Assembly (NCBI GenBank): GCA_977016875.1
Contig: CDRNST010000046.1
Location: 992,001 to 1,056,000, forward strand
Direction: 5' to 3'
Length of the DNA: 64,000 bases
Source of the DNA: Pavona decussata
Lineage: Eukaryota
The translations under genes and the position numbers were made by a program. Shown one piece after another: positions 53,165 through 64,000 of the stretch (the first letter of the stretch is position 1; every line of letters begins with the position of its first letter). The notes under the pieces were generated by a model, which saw only the letters and a program-made list of their open reading frames with translations, searched no databases and was not told the origin of the DNA.

Positions 53165-54049
53165 TGTTTTTTTGCCGTTGGTTTTTAGCCATCGGTACAC
53201 ATTAAGCTTAATCAGCTTAGCCAAGTCCTCGTTAGTCAGCAAATGCGCTGGTAGATCCATAGCTACTGCACAGCGATCAAAGGAGATTAAAGCAACACAT
53301 ATCTTCCTCTTCCTCTCTATTTGTAATGATTTATCAAGTTGTAGATTTAGTTGCTCATAGCTGATGAATTGTCCGTGATTCAATAAAGATTATAGCAGGA
53401 GTCCACCTCTTCGACAAAGACGTGTTCGTTGTTGTCGGTCTGAACTTTAGGAAATGGCTGATATACAGGTAGTTGCTCCTCTGTGAGGGGTGGAATCGGA
53501 CAACGGCGGTGTTTCAGTAGGAAAAAATGAAAACTGTCTAGGAGTAATTACTTGGGAACCTAACAAGCCCGCACTCCTGCCCGAACAGATTCTTCTCGGA
53601 AAGGAATATTGGACACGGAAGAGAGGCAGAAGTCAAACAAAGCGGGAGCCACACTGGAGAGGAGATCAAAGGGACGTCGGCAGTAACAGCATCCACTGTT
53701 AGATATCTTCGCTCTTCCAGAAGTTTCTTATTTACTTCAAATCAACTTTAGGCAATATGGTCCTTTCAGCCTTACAACTAGAGAAAACTTTAATTAGTTT
53801 CTTGGAGCCGCTGGAACCTCTTTGAGGGTTTCCACTCTGTACGTGTAAATTAGTTTGGCCTCAACTTTCTACGCCTGGAACGGGGTTTCGGTAGGGTTAC
53901 ATACCAGAGGAGTCTCCTGTGTAGCCGTCGGCTATTTCGGCCATCACTTAACGATCCTCTCCACAACTAATTAAAGGCGAAACTCGGAAGCGAAAAGTAC
54001 CAAACTCAGCGCTTGACAACAGTAACTCACCACCAATAACATCGGGACT

Positions 54050-54168
54050 TCGCTGACCAATCAGGTTAACAACCAGAGACTTGTATTAATACCGTCTGCT
54101 GACAATACACAATTCACTTGCCGAATCTGATGATGAATTCCGTTCAGGTTGCTGAAATGTGAGTCACA
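54050..54168 (+). mobile_element. Penelope-like element terminal-repeat remnant with a degenerate hammerhead-like motif
   Basis: CTGATGA (54127-54133), 20 nt, GAAA (54154-54157), then TGTGAGTCA; resembles my recollection of the cnidarian PLE terminus TGACTCTGAAGATGAC..GGTTGTCGAAACGTCAGTCA. Confidence 0.5.
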
Positions 54169-55112
54169 CTGACTCAAATTGTAGTGACTTCTGGGTTCAA
54201 ACCATTTAGAATTTTACATTTGGAATGCTCGGTCCACTAGCACTTCGTGCCGAGGGTAAAAGGTGAGCATTCACATAATTTTTTCTATTGCGTATTATTC
54301 GATAACCGACAGTACAACGCTCGTGCATGGATAAGGCCAGGTGCACAGCCAGTGTACGTTTCGGAAATGACTCCTGTTACTTTTAGCTCACTTCCACTTG
54401 TTTTCACAGTTTCTGAGGCCAAAGAAGTTGAGATAGTAAGGCAAAGTCTGAGTTTAGCCTTGTTTGCTTATTTGCATATCATGGAGTATATACCCTGCAG
54501 CAACATTGAAAACCAACAACCGGAAGTAAGGTCAGGTGGCCAGAACTGAAAACCATTTAACCATTCGCATTTTTTCTGCTGTGACTGGGGACTGGTATTT
54601 TGAGGGTTCTGTGGGTCTTCTTAAATCCTTCTATCAGTCTATTTGTTATCAAGAGCATGACCTTGAACCAATGAACTAGAACTGATGCAGCTCAAATTTG
54701 GTTAACAATGGTGAGAGACCTCTGCTTTCGCTTACTATTCGTCCAACTTTGTGCTCAACTTAAAGTTGGTGAAAGTAGTTAATTAAAACTAAAACATTTA
54801 GAAATTAAAATAAAAATACACCGAACAAAACTAGAAGTGGGACTTACCTTCTTCCACTTTCATCCCGAATGCTTCGATTCTTCAATCACTGACCATTGAT
54901 CATCTCAAGCAAATTATAATCGAGGGCCACTTTCTCCTAACCCCTACATGTTTGGATTTCTTCCTAAGAACAAAAATATACATATCTCTAAACAGAAATA
55001 ACTTATACAGTCAGGCTCTCTGAGACATCGTTTTGTCGCTGTTATAGGGTAGGGTTGTTTCTTATCTAGTCTAGAGTAGAATTGAAAATACAGCCCAATA
55101 TGATATGGTATT

Positions 55113-55259
55113 CAGCCTGTGAACAGGCTCCCAACTGGGGCATAGAGAAGAAGAGAAAAATCGGTGAGCCAGGCGAGCGGAGCGCGTTCTGGAGGCAAAA
55201 ATGAACGCTCCACTATTCTCTTCGCCACATTCTCCACTTGGGAAACTGTTCACAGGCCA
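55113..55259. mobile_element. MITE with (T)AGCCTGTGAACAG-type TIRs
   Basis: Left CAGCCTGTGAACAGGCTCCCAA versus reverse complement of the right end TGGCCTGTGAACAGTTTCCCAA (18/22). Confidence 0.75.
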
Positions 55260-55284
55260 TATGTATCGAGAGAGGTCTCAAAGT

Positions 55285-55342
55285 CCCCGCGGGACACCTC
55301 ACCCAAAAATTCATAGAGCAACCCCCCCCCCCCCCCCCCCGG
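55285..55342. mobile_element. Right-end remnant of the MITE family seen at 14817-15164
   Basis: GCGGGACACCTCACCCAAAAATTCATAGAGCAA(C)nGG resembles 15110-15164 GCGGGCCGCACACCCCTACCCAATTT..GGAGTA(C)nGGG. Confidence 0.55.
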
Positions 55343-56548
55343 ACGGCTTACCGTAATTAGAGTCATCTTTTTGCTCGATAAAGACCAACAAAACCGCAAA
55401 CAACCTTCTCAACAGAACTGCGCTGAAAGTTCGCGCTTGATAACAATTGATTACCCGCAGGCAAACCAGGGATTTGTATACAGAATAAAAATATTCTGAG
55501 CGAAAACTTGAAACAAAAACTTCCTAAAGATGAATTTTAAAATGTAATGGAGTTCCGGTATAGGTGACAGCAATTTGGACATCTCCTACCTGGCCGGAAG
55601 TGTTAGGTTCACTTAGTTTTCACCTTTACGTTTCGCAAAACCAAACTGATGAAATATTTAAATCATATACTCGACTCTTCAAAATTAAAACATGTGTGCA
55701 GTCACAAGCTCTTCTGGAAATGTCAGCAAATTGTTATTTGTTGGTAAGTGCCACTTTATGTCTATCAATCAAACATGTCGATATGAAAAAAGCGCTCATA
55801 TTTCGAATGTTGATGTTGTCCAAGTACGTGCTTTACCATTAAAACCCGTTCGCGCATTCGATCCTTTTACGAATCCAAAAGCTTTCATGTGACTCTGTTA
55901 AGAAGCTTATAGGTAGCCTGCGTATTCTATCACTTTAAATAACCAAAACACCTCGGCAAGAACTATAATAATAAGCAGCTAGAATGTAAGTGTAGGAGAT
56001 GAACATGCTCTGTTATAACTTACGAAACTTTGCTCCATACCTTCAAAACATGCGTAGGAATAATCCAAAATAGTTGGTCACCACCGTGATGTGTGTTATG
56101 TTCTAAGAAATTCCCTTCGTAGATACAAGTGGGATTGGTCTGCAGTATATTCAACTGAAATCGAGAGTGCAGGCCGGCGAGTGTTTGGTCAGAAAGAAAT
56201 GCAAGGTCACGTGTGTGGTGGAATATGAGATCTCTGAAATACTGGAAACGCTATAAAGCCGGTAGTTTAGGTGTCCACAATGACAGGCTCATACATAGAG
56301 CATTCAAAGCACACTATTAAATCCCGTTCACACCTGGGTAAATTTCAATCTGTGCTGTAGAGGCGAGTAGCCTTGGTACTATCCCGGCTATTCAGGGCTC
56401 CCATTGACAACAGACAGCTTTTTCAGTTTTTGCATCTGAAGGGGCTACCCTGAGCGGTATAAATCAATAAAGGTTCTTCTTCTATTAATATTCCAGTTTT
56501 TGCATGAGTCTACTCATGCCTCCCTAAATTGAAATTTCAGAAAGATGC

Positions 56549-56746
56549 TAGCATGCCTAGCTGATGGTATTGTTCGATCGATGACAAACTTTTGGCGGAG
56601 CGAAGGTAAAGGTTTCGGGGAGGGGGCGGGAAGAGAAGCCAGAGATGCAAGCGGCGAATTAGTAGCAGTGGGTTCTTGTGCTTTTTTTTCTCTGTTTGAA
56701 CGCGCGGAGGCACAAAACCCCAGTGAAACGCTTGCTATGCAGACTA
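56549..56746. mobile_element. Diverged MITE with TAG...CTA termini
   Basis: TAGCATGCCTAGC versus reverse complement of GCTATGCAGACTA (10/13), enclosing a GC-rich, purine-skewed core. Confidence 0.5.
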
Positions 56747-56980
56747 GCGAACCAGCGACAGAAACTACACTCCATTGCGCGTTGACGCGCAAAATTTACC
56801 ACAGAAAAGAAAAAAATCCCAAAATCCATCAATGAGGCTGAGAAAGGCAGTGAGTGGGAAAATGTCTCCTGTTCATTCCATTCATTCTATTATCTGGAGC
56901 AGAATTTAGCTTAAATAAGCGACCGCCGTACAGTTTATTAGTGAATGGTATACGGAGATAGTAACTAAAGCTCTCACATA

Positions 56981-57088
56981 CAGCTGTTTTGACAAAGGTT
57001 GTCCAAAAGAAGTGTAAAAGCGTACGCATTGTCGCGTACGCTTTAACGCTTTTTTTTTTTTTTTGGACAACCTTTCTCGAAACAGCTG
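56981..57088. mobile_element. Tc1/mariner-type MITE, 108-bp hairpin
   Basis: TIRs CAGCTGTTTTGACAAAGGTTGTCCAAAA and TTTTGGACAACCTTTCTCGAAACAGCTG; inner AAAGCGTACGC/GCGTACGCTTT; TA on both flanks. Confidence 0.9.
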
Positions 57089-57279
57089 TATACGCCTTTA
57101 AATAGGCTCCGTTGTGGGGAGAGGATACTCCTTTCAGTTTTAGGGAGGCTGGGAACAACTAGGCAAGCGATGACAAGCTGAACTTTGATGAAAAGGTAAC
57201 TCAGTGAACTTACAAATAACGCTCAACACCTGGCAAAGGAGAAAACTAAAAGCTCTGTGGGAAAAATAATAGTATTTTT

Positions 57280-57625
57280 GCAAATCTCCCTATTTAAATC
57301 TAGATCTGGACAAAGGACATCCTATTACCGTATAGTAAGCCTGTGGAACAGTTTCGACAATTCCTTTAAACTCTGCGACTCTGTTCTTATTTTTAATCAT
57401 AAACCTCGAGCCAACTTATTCGCCGCTTTCCTTTCTAGCCTGTCTTAGCTTGTTATTTTTAGCGATCATTCTTTAGCTTAATTTTTACTCTTCTTATATA
57501 AATCAGTGCATCATTGTAACTTTTGGATTTACTATCGTTTTGACGTATAATCTTGTAAATTTATTATTATTGTCACTGAAACGCCCTTTCCAGGGAGTGT
57601 CATTAAAGTTTGCACTGTATTGTAT
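57280..57625 (+). mobile_element. 3' end of a CR1/L2-group LINE: ORF2 tail, 3' UTR and short tandem tail
   Basis: QISLFKSRSGQRTSYYRIVSLWNSFDNSFKLCDSVLIF matches the 'GQRTF.YR...LWNSL' ORF2 C-terminus; ends in CTGAAACGCCCTTTCCAGGGAGTGTCATTAAAGTTTGCACTGTATTGTA. Confidence 0.75.
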
Positions 57626-58550
57626 AGTAGTTGAAACACTCGACTTATCCAGGCTAATTTACTCAGCGTTATGTTGTAGCTGTTCCCGACCGTAAAACCA
57701 ATAAACTCAGTTTCAATTTTATTTGAGTTGGGAAGCCCTCAAACGTAAAACGAAACATAGAAAAATGAGAAAAAAGAAAAATGGTGGCTTAAAAATGTGG
57801 AATTTAAGAACATAGAAAGGCACTTAAAATCACTTGGGTCAATCAACTCCAGCATGATCCACTAGCCTCCTGGAAAATTCCAACCAGTTCTCATCAAATT
57901 GTTACATCATGACTAAAATGTTTAACCACGAAAACCTGCACACGAATAATTTCAGTATATTAGACTACTGGTGCGACTACACTGAAAACCTCAACAGACT
58001 AGGGTATAAAGGGAAGACTAGAAAAAGAGCAATTGTGTGAGCCATCAGGGGACAGGAGTTGCAGGGAAAAATATTAGCCTCTAGGTGAGATGACGAGGAG
58101 ATTGGTACTAAGGAATGTTTTAAGTGGCTTACGAACTGAGCAGAGTGTCCCACCCCCCCCCCCCCCCCATACAATTGCTGGATTTTTTTAACTGCATGAA
58201 CAATAAATTGATACCAACAAGAATGTATACAGCGCTCAAGAACCATACAAGATCACAAGAACTTCTCTACACTCTGTGGAAAGGCACCCGAGAGTGCCCC
58301 TCACATAAGACAGATTTAAAGATGATTTTAATTGTTAACCTTTAAAGTTTTTAAGTTGTAAAGTTTTAAAATTTAATTGACGACATATTTTATTTTACGT
58401 TGACTCTCAGTTTTATGAATATGATATTTTCTTATGTATGTTATATACTGTGGAAATAAGTCGTTTTGTTCATCAGCTCAAACGTTACGCTGGCTGCCCT
58501 ATGAGGCTGTTTCGCGCGGATGCACAGTTGTACGTTTTATACTGTATAAC

Positions 58551-58804
58551 AATAATAATAATAATAATAATAATAAATGTAACAATGAGAACTCTTTATT
58601 AACATATTTCAAGCAAATTGCTATTCACAAGTTAAAAGTATTACAATTCATTTCGATGAAAAAAGAGACAACTTTCAAGCCGATTTTTTTTCTGATAAAG
58701 TTACTATGCTATTCTTATTAAAAAAAATCAATCATATATACAAAAGTTAAAAATCTTAAAAAAAGGGAATAAAAACCAACATCAAATGGAAGGCTACCAA
58801 GAAA

Positions 58805-58835
<31 letters not shown>

Positions 58836-58885
58836 CATCTTTATTAACATATTCCAAGCTATTTACAAGTTAAAAGTTCTAATTA

Positions 58886-58945
<60 letters not shown>
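58551..58945 (+). repeat. Three (AAT)n tracts with a duplicated AT-rich segment
   Basis: (AAT)8 at 58551, (AAT)9 at 58805, (AAT)20 at 58886; TCTTTATTAACATATT.CAAGC..TATT.ACAAGTTAAAAGT at about 58593 and 58838. Confidence 0.85.
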
Positions 58946-58946
<1 letters not shown>

Positions 58947-61900
58947 GGTTTTTTTTAGTTATTTATCATGAAACATAGCCACAATAGACGTGTGACTTTA
59001 CAAGGCAGTAACAGAAGTAAACTTGGTTCCTCCTTCTCGTTTCTTCGCGGATTCACGAAAAAAAAATCACCCAAACTTTAACTAATGCCTTTTGCTTCCG
59101 CAAAGGAAGTCAAAATAATAAAACTTTAGTACAAAGAGATTCATATCATGCTTTCAACCCCAGCAACCCTTCATCGTGACAGCCTTATAGCAGACGACCT
59201 TTGTAACTTATGCAACGCTAAGAACATTCGTAATTTTGAATGAAAGTAATACGTTACATCGGCGTTACAATAGAAATTTCTGGTTTTGTTGTCTTATTAT
59301 AAAACACCGACCAAACCAAAGTTGATGCGCGCGACATTTTAGGGTTTGGGCGCATTTCGTGTTTCTTAGTGCATTTAGAACATGAGCAAATTTTAAACCC
59401 TGCGCCCGCGCTTTAGTTAGTTGTATTCAGGTGATTTCATTCGAAACTAAGAGGAACATAAAAGCATTCTTAAGCACCGGTTTGCTAGCAGGAGAAATAC
59501 TTCTACTCATAAGTGATCCCTGACTAGCGTTCAACTAGTTCCCTCTCTTTACATAGATTACCACGTCTTTAAAAATTTAAAGGTGAACTTGTACCTGTTT
59601 TACCCAATGGACAAAAGAAACTACTATGTCCTGGTTACAAGCTCTCGTAAAAACCCGATGAAGTTAAAAAGTCAGGCGCTTGTTACTCAATTAAGAGATA
59701 TTTATTCATTGCATTCAAATTTGTGGCGCAGTTGAACCCGCCTCACAAACGCCCCCGTTGAAACGATCACTTAGATATTACGGCCACTTATTTTGGTTAA
59801 AAACGGTGCCCATGGATGTATATCCTTATCTGAAAGCTTCGCGATTAAACCGACAACCGCGTTTCTCATTAATTTGACCCGTTGGTGATCGTGTTTCATA
59901 ACGGATTTAGCAAACTTTCCTATCAAGAGAACAGGATGTTCCGATACATTTACATTTTTTGTTTGAGTGAAAAATATATATTGCTAGTGTTTACATCGTA
60001 TAGATTATGCGAAGCTTTCTTGTTGAAGTAAGGAGTACGAGCAATGAAACTTCTTGCCCAAGTGCCTGCCTGCACCCATAGAGTGTAGGGACGGTGAAAG
60101 CATAAATTATGACAACACGACACAAACATTGTAGAATAGATTTGTCACATCATTAAGGCTTTATTTCTTAGAAACGCATCGTTTTTGGCTATTTTGGACA
60201 AAATACGAAAGACGGAATCACACACAATCTCGTTAATTGACCACTTTCCTAAGGATGTTCTGTTTTAGTTGTTAATAAGTAACTAAAAGCGTCATTATAA
60301 GGTGAATTAAGATCATAATGATTTTTGTAATGTTGGATTTGGTTCTCCTTTATCGTCAATAACAACGGTAAATACAACATAAAGTTAATGTTTTGGTATT
60401 AATTATGTCATATTGCTTATCCGTTGCAAACCGTTCGAAGTTTTTCTATTTCTAGGTCAAAATCGTTGTAATTAATGATTGAATTCAAGGTAATTTCGTA
60501 TCAAATACAAATTCGAAGTAATTCTCCTATTTCTTGCAGTTGTTATTGTTGGAAGTTTTATTTTATTTTTAATCCTCTCTAACGTAGCTAGTCCCAGAAC
60601 TCCAGACGAAAACAGACGATTAAAAAAAAAAACATAAAACACTGAAGAAGGACTATCCTCTCTTGTCTCGTCCCAAAGTGGGGTAACGGTGAATACTAGA
60701 TTATCCAGAGGGGTGTTTTATGGAGTTCACTTCTTCCTTTTGGAGTAGGGGTATTGGTTAATTTAGTTAATCCGTTTATGTGAAGGTTGTCGATGAATAT
60801 ACGTTACTTCTGATGCGGTCCAAGTTAACTGTAACAAGGCAGTCGATAATCGTTCAGACGAGAGTGGTCGGTTGAGGATCACACCTTGCTGTATTGTTAT
60901 TGTGACAGTATTCTGAACATGTTACATCCAATTTTTAAATACATAGATAAAATTCTGCTGTGTTTTGTGCTTCATGAGGCGGTTCCAACTTCTGAATTAC
61001 TAAAGTGAAACCTTGTGTAAGCTTTCCTATAAAATTTGTCAGTTCATAAAAATTTCTCGTGCTAATCAGGGTCTACTAACCCGTACAAGAAGGATCTCTC
61101 TTTTGACTCTGTGGGCGAACCCTTGGCCTGCTACCCTTATAATCACAGCTAAATTAAGCAGGCCCTTCTTATGGTGTTGTTTCTAATGCTATACATGGTA
61201 GTGCTAACTTTTGAGTGTGCATATGACTGGTATGAGGCCCTTTTGGTCTTGCCGGAGAGATAAGCGTTGCACAAAGAAGTCCCACTGTCAGACTTTCTAT
61301 GACAGAGTACTATACGTAAAATCTAAGATGTTGACATTCTAACAGCAAGCTTGTGTGCAATGTTTTATTTATGTTATATTATTCAAGATAAGTACGAGTA
61401 AAAGCCTGACGATGGCAATAGTCTCTTATCCACTGCGAGTTCACATGGAGAAGTGACACTCGGCCTAAGATTACAATTGCTGACATTGAAAGTAGCTGTG
61501 AAAATGAACACATGAAATACAAACTGCAGTATGAGTGAAAGACTCTCGCGGTAACATAACTTCGAAGGTCATCCTGACTCAATCTGCTGCAAAGGGCCAT
61601 AGTTGAATGGAAATGCTTGGTTCATCAGTTACCTTAAACTTCTCCAATAAAACACATGGTTGCTGGTTTAATTACACCACATACTACTGCGCAGATATTT
61701 TAACGCTATCTTTACCAGCTAGAATGTAAACGCCCCTAATTGGAAGCTCTTAGCTAGAAACTACAATTGCAGGCTTTTTTTGGAACTTTTGTTTTGTCAT
61801 CGACCTGTTTACGGTGAAAAAGGAAAATTACCATAAGATTCAGTATGCTTGTATAAAAAGCATAGAGACGCGTGGATACATTCTTAGGTCAATTCATCAT

Positions 61901-64000
61901 TGTCATTTGTTGTTAAACATCCTTTGTCGGGGGAGTTATTCCTTCATTTGGTTTTCCCAGAGGCGGATCTGAACAAAGAAAAACTTGAATTGTACGGAAC
62001 ATTCTCGCGTTATCGCGTGATGCTTGCCCATTGTCAAAGCGCTGGCCATGCCTCTTCATAGGCCTCATTAGCCTCCAAATGGTAATTTGGTCTCGTCAAT
62101 TTTACGGACATTAAAACTGTCTATTTCGGGAAGCAATTACCTCCACCTGGTCTTTAACCAGTGTATTCAGATGAAACTAATGGCTAATCGGAAAGTCACG
62201 AAATAGATATGGCAACGTTATGTAAACAATGAATGTGTTCACACCTTATACACCGTTTTATCGATGACAAAGGGACGTTTGCGTCAGCTGGAACATTTAC
62301 AAAGGGGTATTGCCTTTGTAAAGTGTTGAGTAAATGTAAATATGGCTCCGTATTTACCAGGGAGTGCTTAGACACCCATAACTGAATGACACAGGTGATT
62401 GGCTTTGCACGCGATCCTAAAATGTTTTCGCTTTCACTTATTTTAGGGCATTGTTCTGTCCTCTCGGCTAGTGTTTGCTTCACTTCACACGTCACTCTGT
62501 ATTGAAGTGTTTTCGTCTACGCCGGATACTGCCTTCCCACCGTTGTCAAAGTTTTACTACGTAACTAACGTAAGAGCACTTCTACTCTCTCACGAAATGT
62601 TTATGTCGCGCTTGATAGGTTACTACTTTTAAACTGATTTTATGACAGTTTAGTTGCAGTCATTTAGATTTGACGCTACAGCACCAACAGCTTTCAGAGA
62701 GGTCTTGTATCTTTTTCATTCTCAACAACAACAGGTGAGATTATCATAGAAAGTGGTACGGAACAGAAACGTGTACCAGTATTCGCATCCTGTTACGCCT
62801 TCGTTTAATTGCCCTCCTTGTTACCTCTTTCCGGTGAAATATATAACAAGTTACGAGTTGTGGATCAAACTGAACATCCTGGAAGTCCTGACATAGCTAA
62901 CAACACTATAAAAGCACCTAAACTATTTCAGTCTCAAGCCACAAAAAGCTTTATAATCAATGTTTATTTCTTCTGTCACCTTTAACCGTGCCTCTTGTTA
63001 CTTTTTCACTTGATCGTTCGTATAGGTCGTCAGTAGACATATATGGGTCTATGTGAACGTAGCGACCTCTTTTACAGAGATTGCCCCTTGCTTTTATTAT
63101 ACTGTAATCAAAAGTCTATATTGCGTTCGTTTTACCCTTGCACCTCTTAAGAGTACCAGATATTTAATCTGAAAAACCTTTAATTTTCTTGTCAAATAGT
63201 AATAAATAAACAGTGCTACGTAAAAGTAGAGCTCAATAGCGCTTACTTGACACAATTATCACACCAAAAGATTTCACCCGGGAGCGACTATTCTACAGAG
63301 ATGCTCAATAGCTTAAATGAACACACTTATAAGAATATCACCCACATATTAAGAAGTTAGAACTATATGTTACATTTCCTAAGATTCGACAATGGTAGTG
63401 CAAGGGTGTAAGAATCTAAGTTTCTCTCGGGTGCTATCCACCACGGGTAATGCTGACAATGATTTAAATATCAAACTGAAACAACTGCTGGCCTCACATC
63501 GTCCAGGTGAACACGATTCAACTACATTTTACAATACTTTAAGCCAGTGTTTCAAAGAAAATTAATTATTCCAGTAGTTCAGTACTTCTTGAACTTATTC
63601 GGCTTAACATTAAATAAGATTTAACTTTTGTGAAATTGATTTGGATATTAACATAGCAATACTGTCAGAGACGTAATATTATAATTTCAGTTGTAAAATC
63701 TTCATCTTCCTTGCCATATTTAGTGTACCATTGAAAACTTTCACATGGCAATGGCGCGGTTTTATTGACTTCAATGTTCGAGCAGAAGTAAACTATCTTT
63801 GGGTTATAATTTCATTCACTTCCTCGTGGAAGTTTATGTTTACGGAAGTACTGAACTAAAGCAAATGTCCATGGCATCGTTCATCAGTAATGTATGACCT
63901 TTATGCTGTGAGCCTGTGAATAGAATCAACTAGATTAAGGGTTTGACTTCCTCCAGTATTTTCTATGGCGTTGGTAACGATGCTATAGAAATATTCCTGA

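Noticed and set aside
54841-54910. Minus-strand donor AAG|GTAAGT suggesting an exon
   Set aside because: No open frame or partner exon identified; a non-coding exon cannot be excluded without RNA data.
56514-57158. ORFs of 92-109 aa
   Set aside because: They run through GC-rich or palindromic MITE sequence and are not protein-like.

Overview
AT-rich animal genomic DNA, not prokaryotic. The repeat families resemble those I recall from stony corals (Scleractinia, Porites-like); that assignment is recollection, not a database result. Only one intact protein-coding gene can be supported: a two-exon Six1/2 (sine oculis) homeobox gene on the + strand (34852-35405 joined to 36370-36658, 280 aa), with CCAAT, TATA and Inr promoter elements, a canonical phase-2 intron and a poly(A) signal. 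It lies in about 35 kb upstream and 27 kb downstream of apparently gene-free DNA. That DNA holds motif-dense candidate enhancers, about 14 short arrays of one 106-bp tandem repeat, several MITEs (one nested in a 106-bp array), two tRNA-derived SINE heads, 3' remnants of two LINEs, a decayed hammerhead-like Penelope terminus and a probable decayed LamG/EGF gene fragment. Nearly all other listed ORFs look like noise or repeat translations. I found no CRISPR array, rRNA, operon or defence system, and no clearly new multi-gene system. The best candidates for undescribed biology are the dispersed 106-bp repeat and the Six1/2 regulatory landscape.
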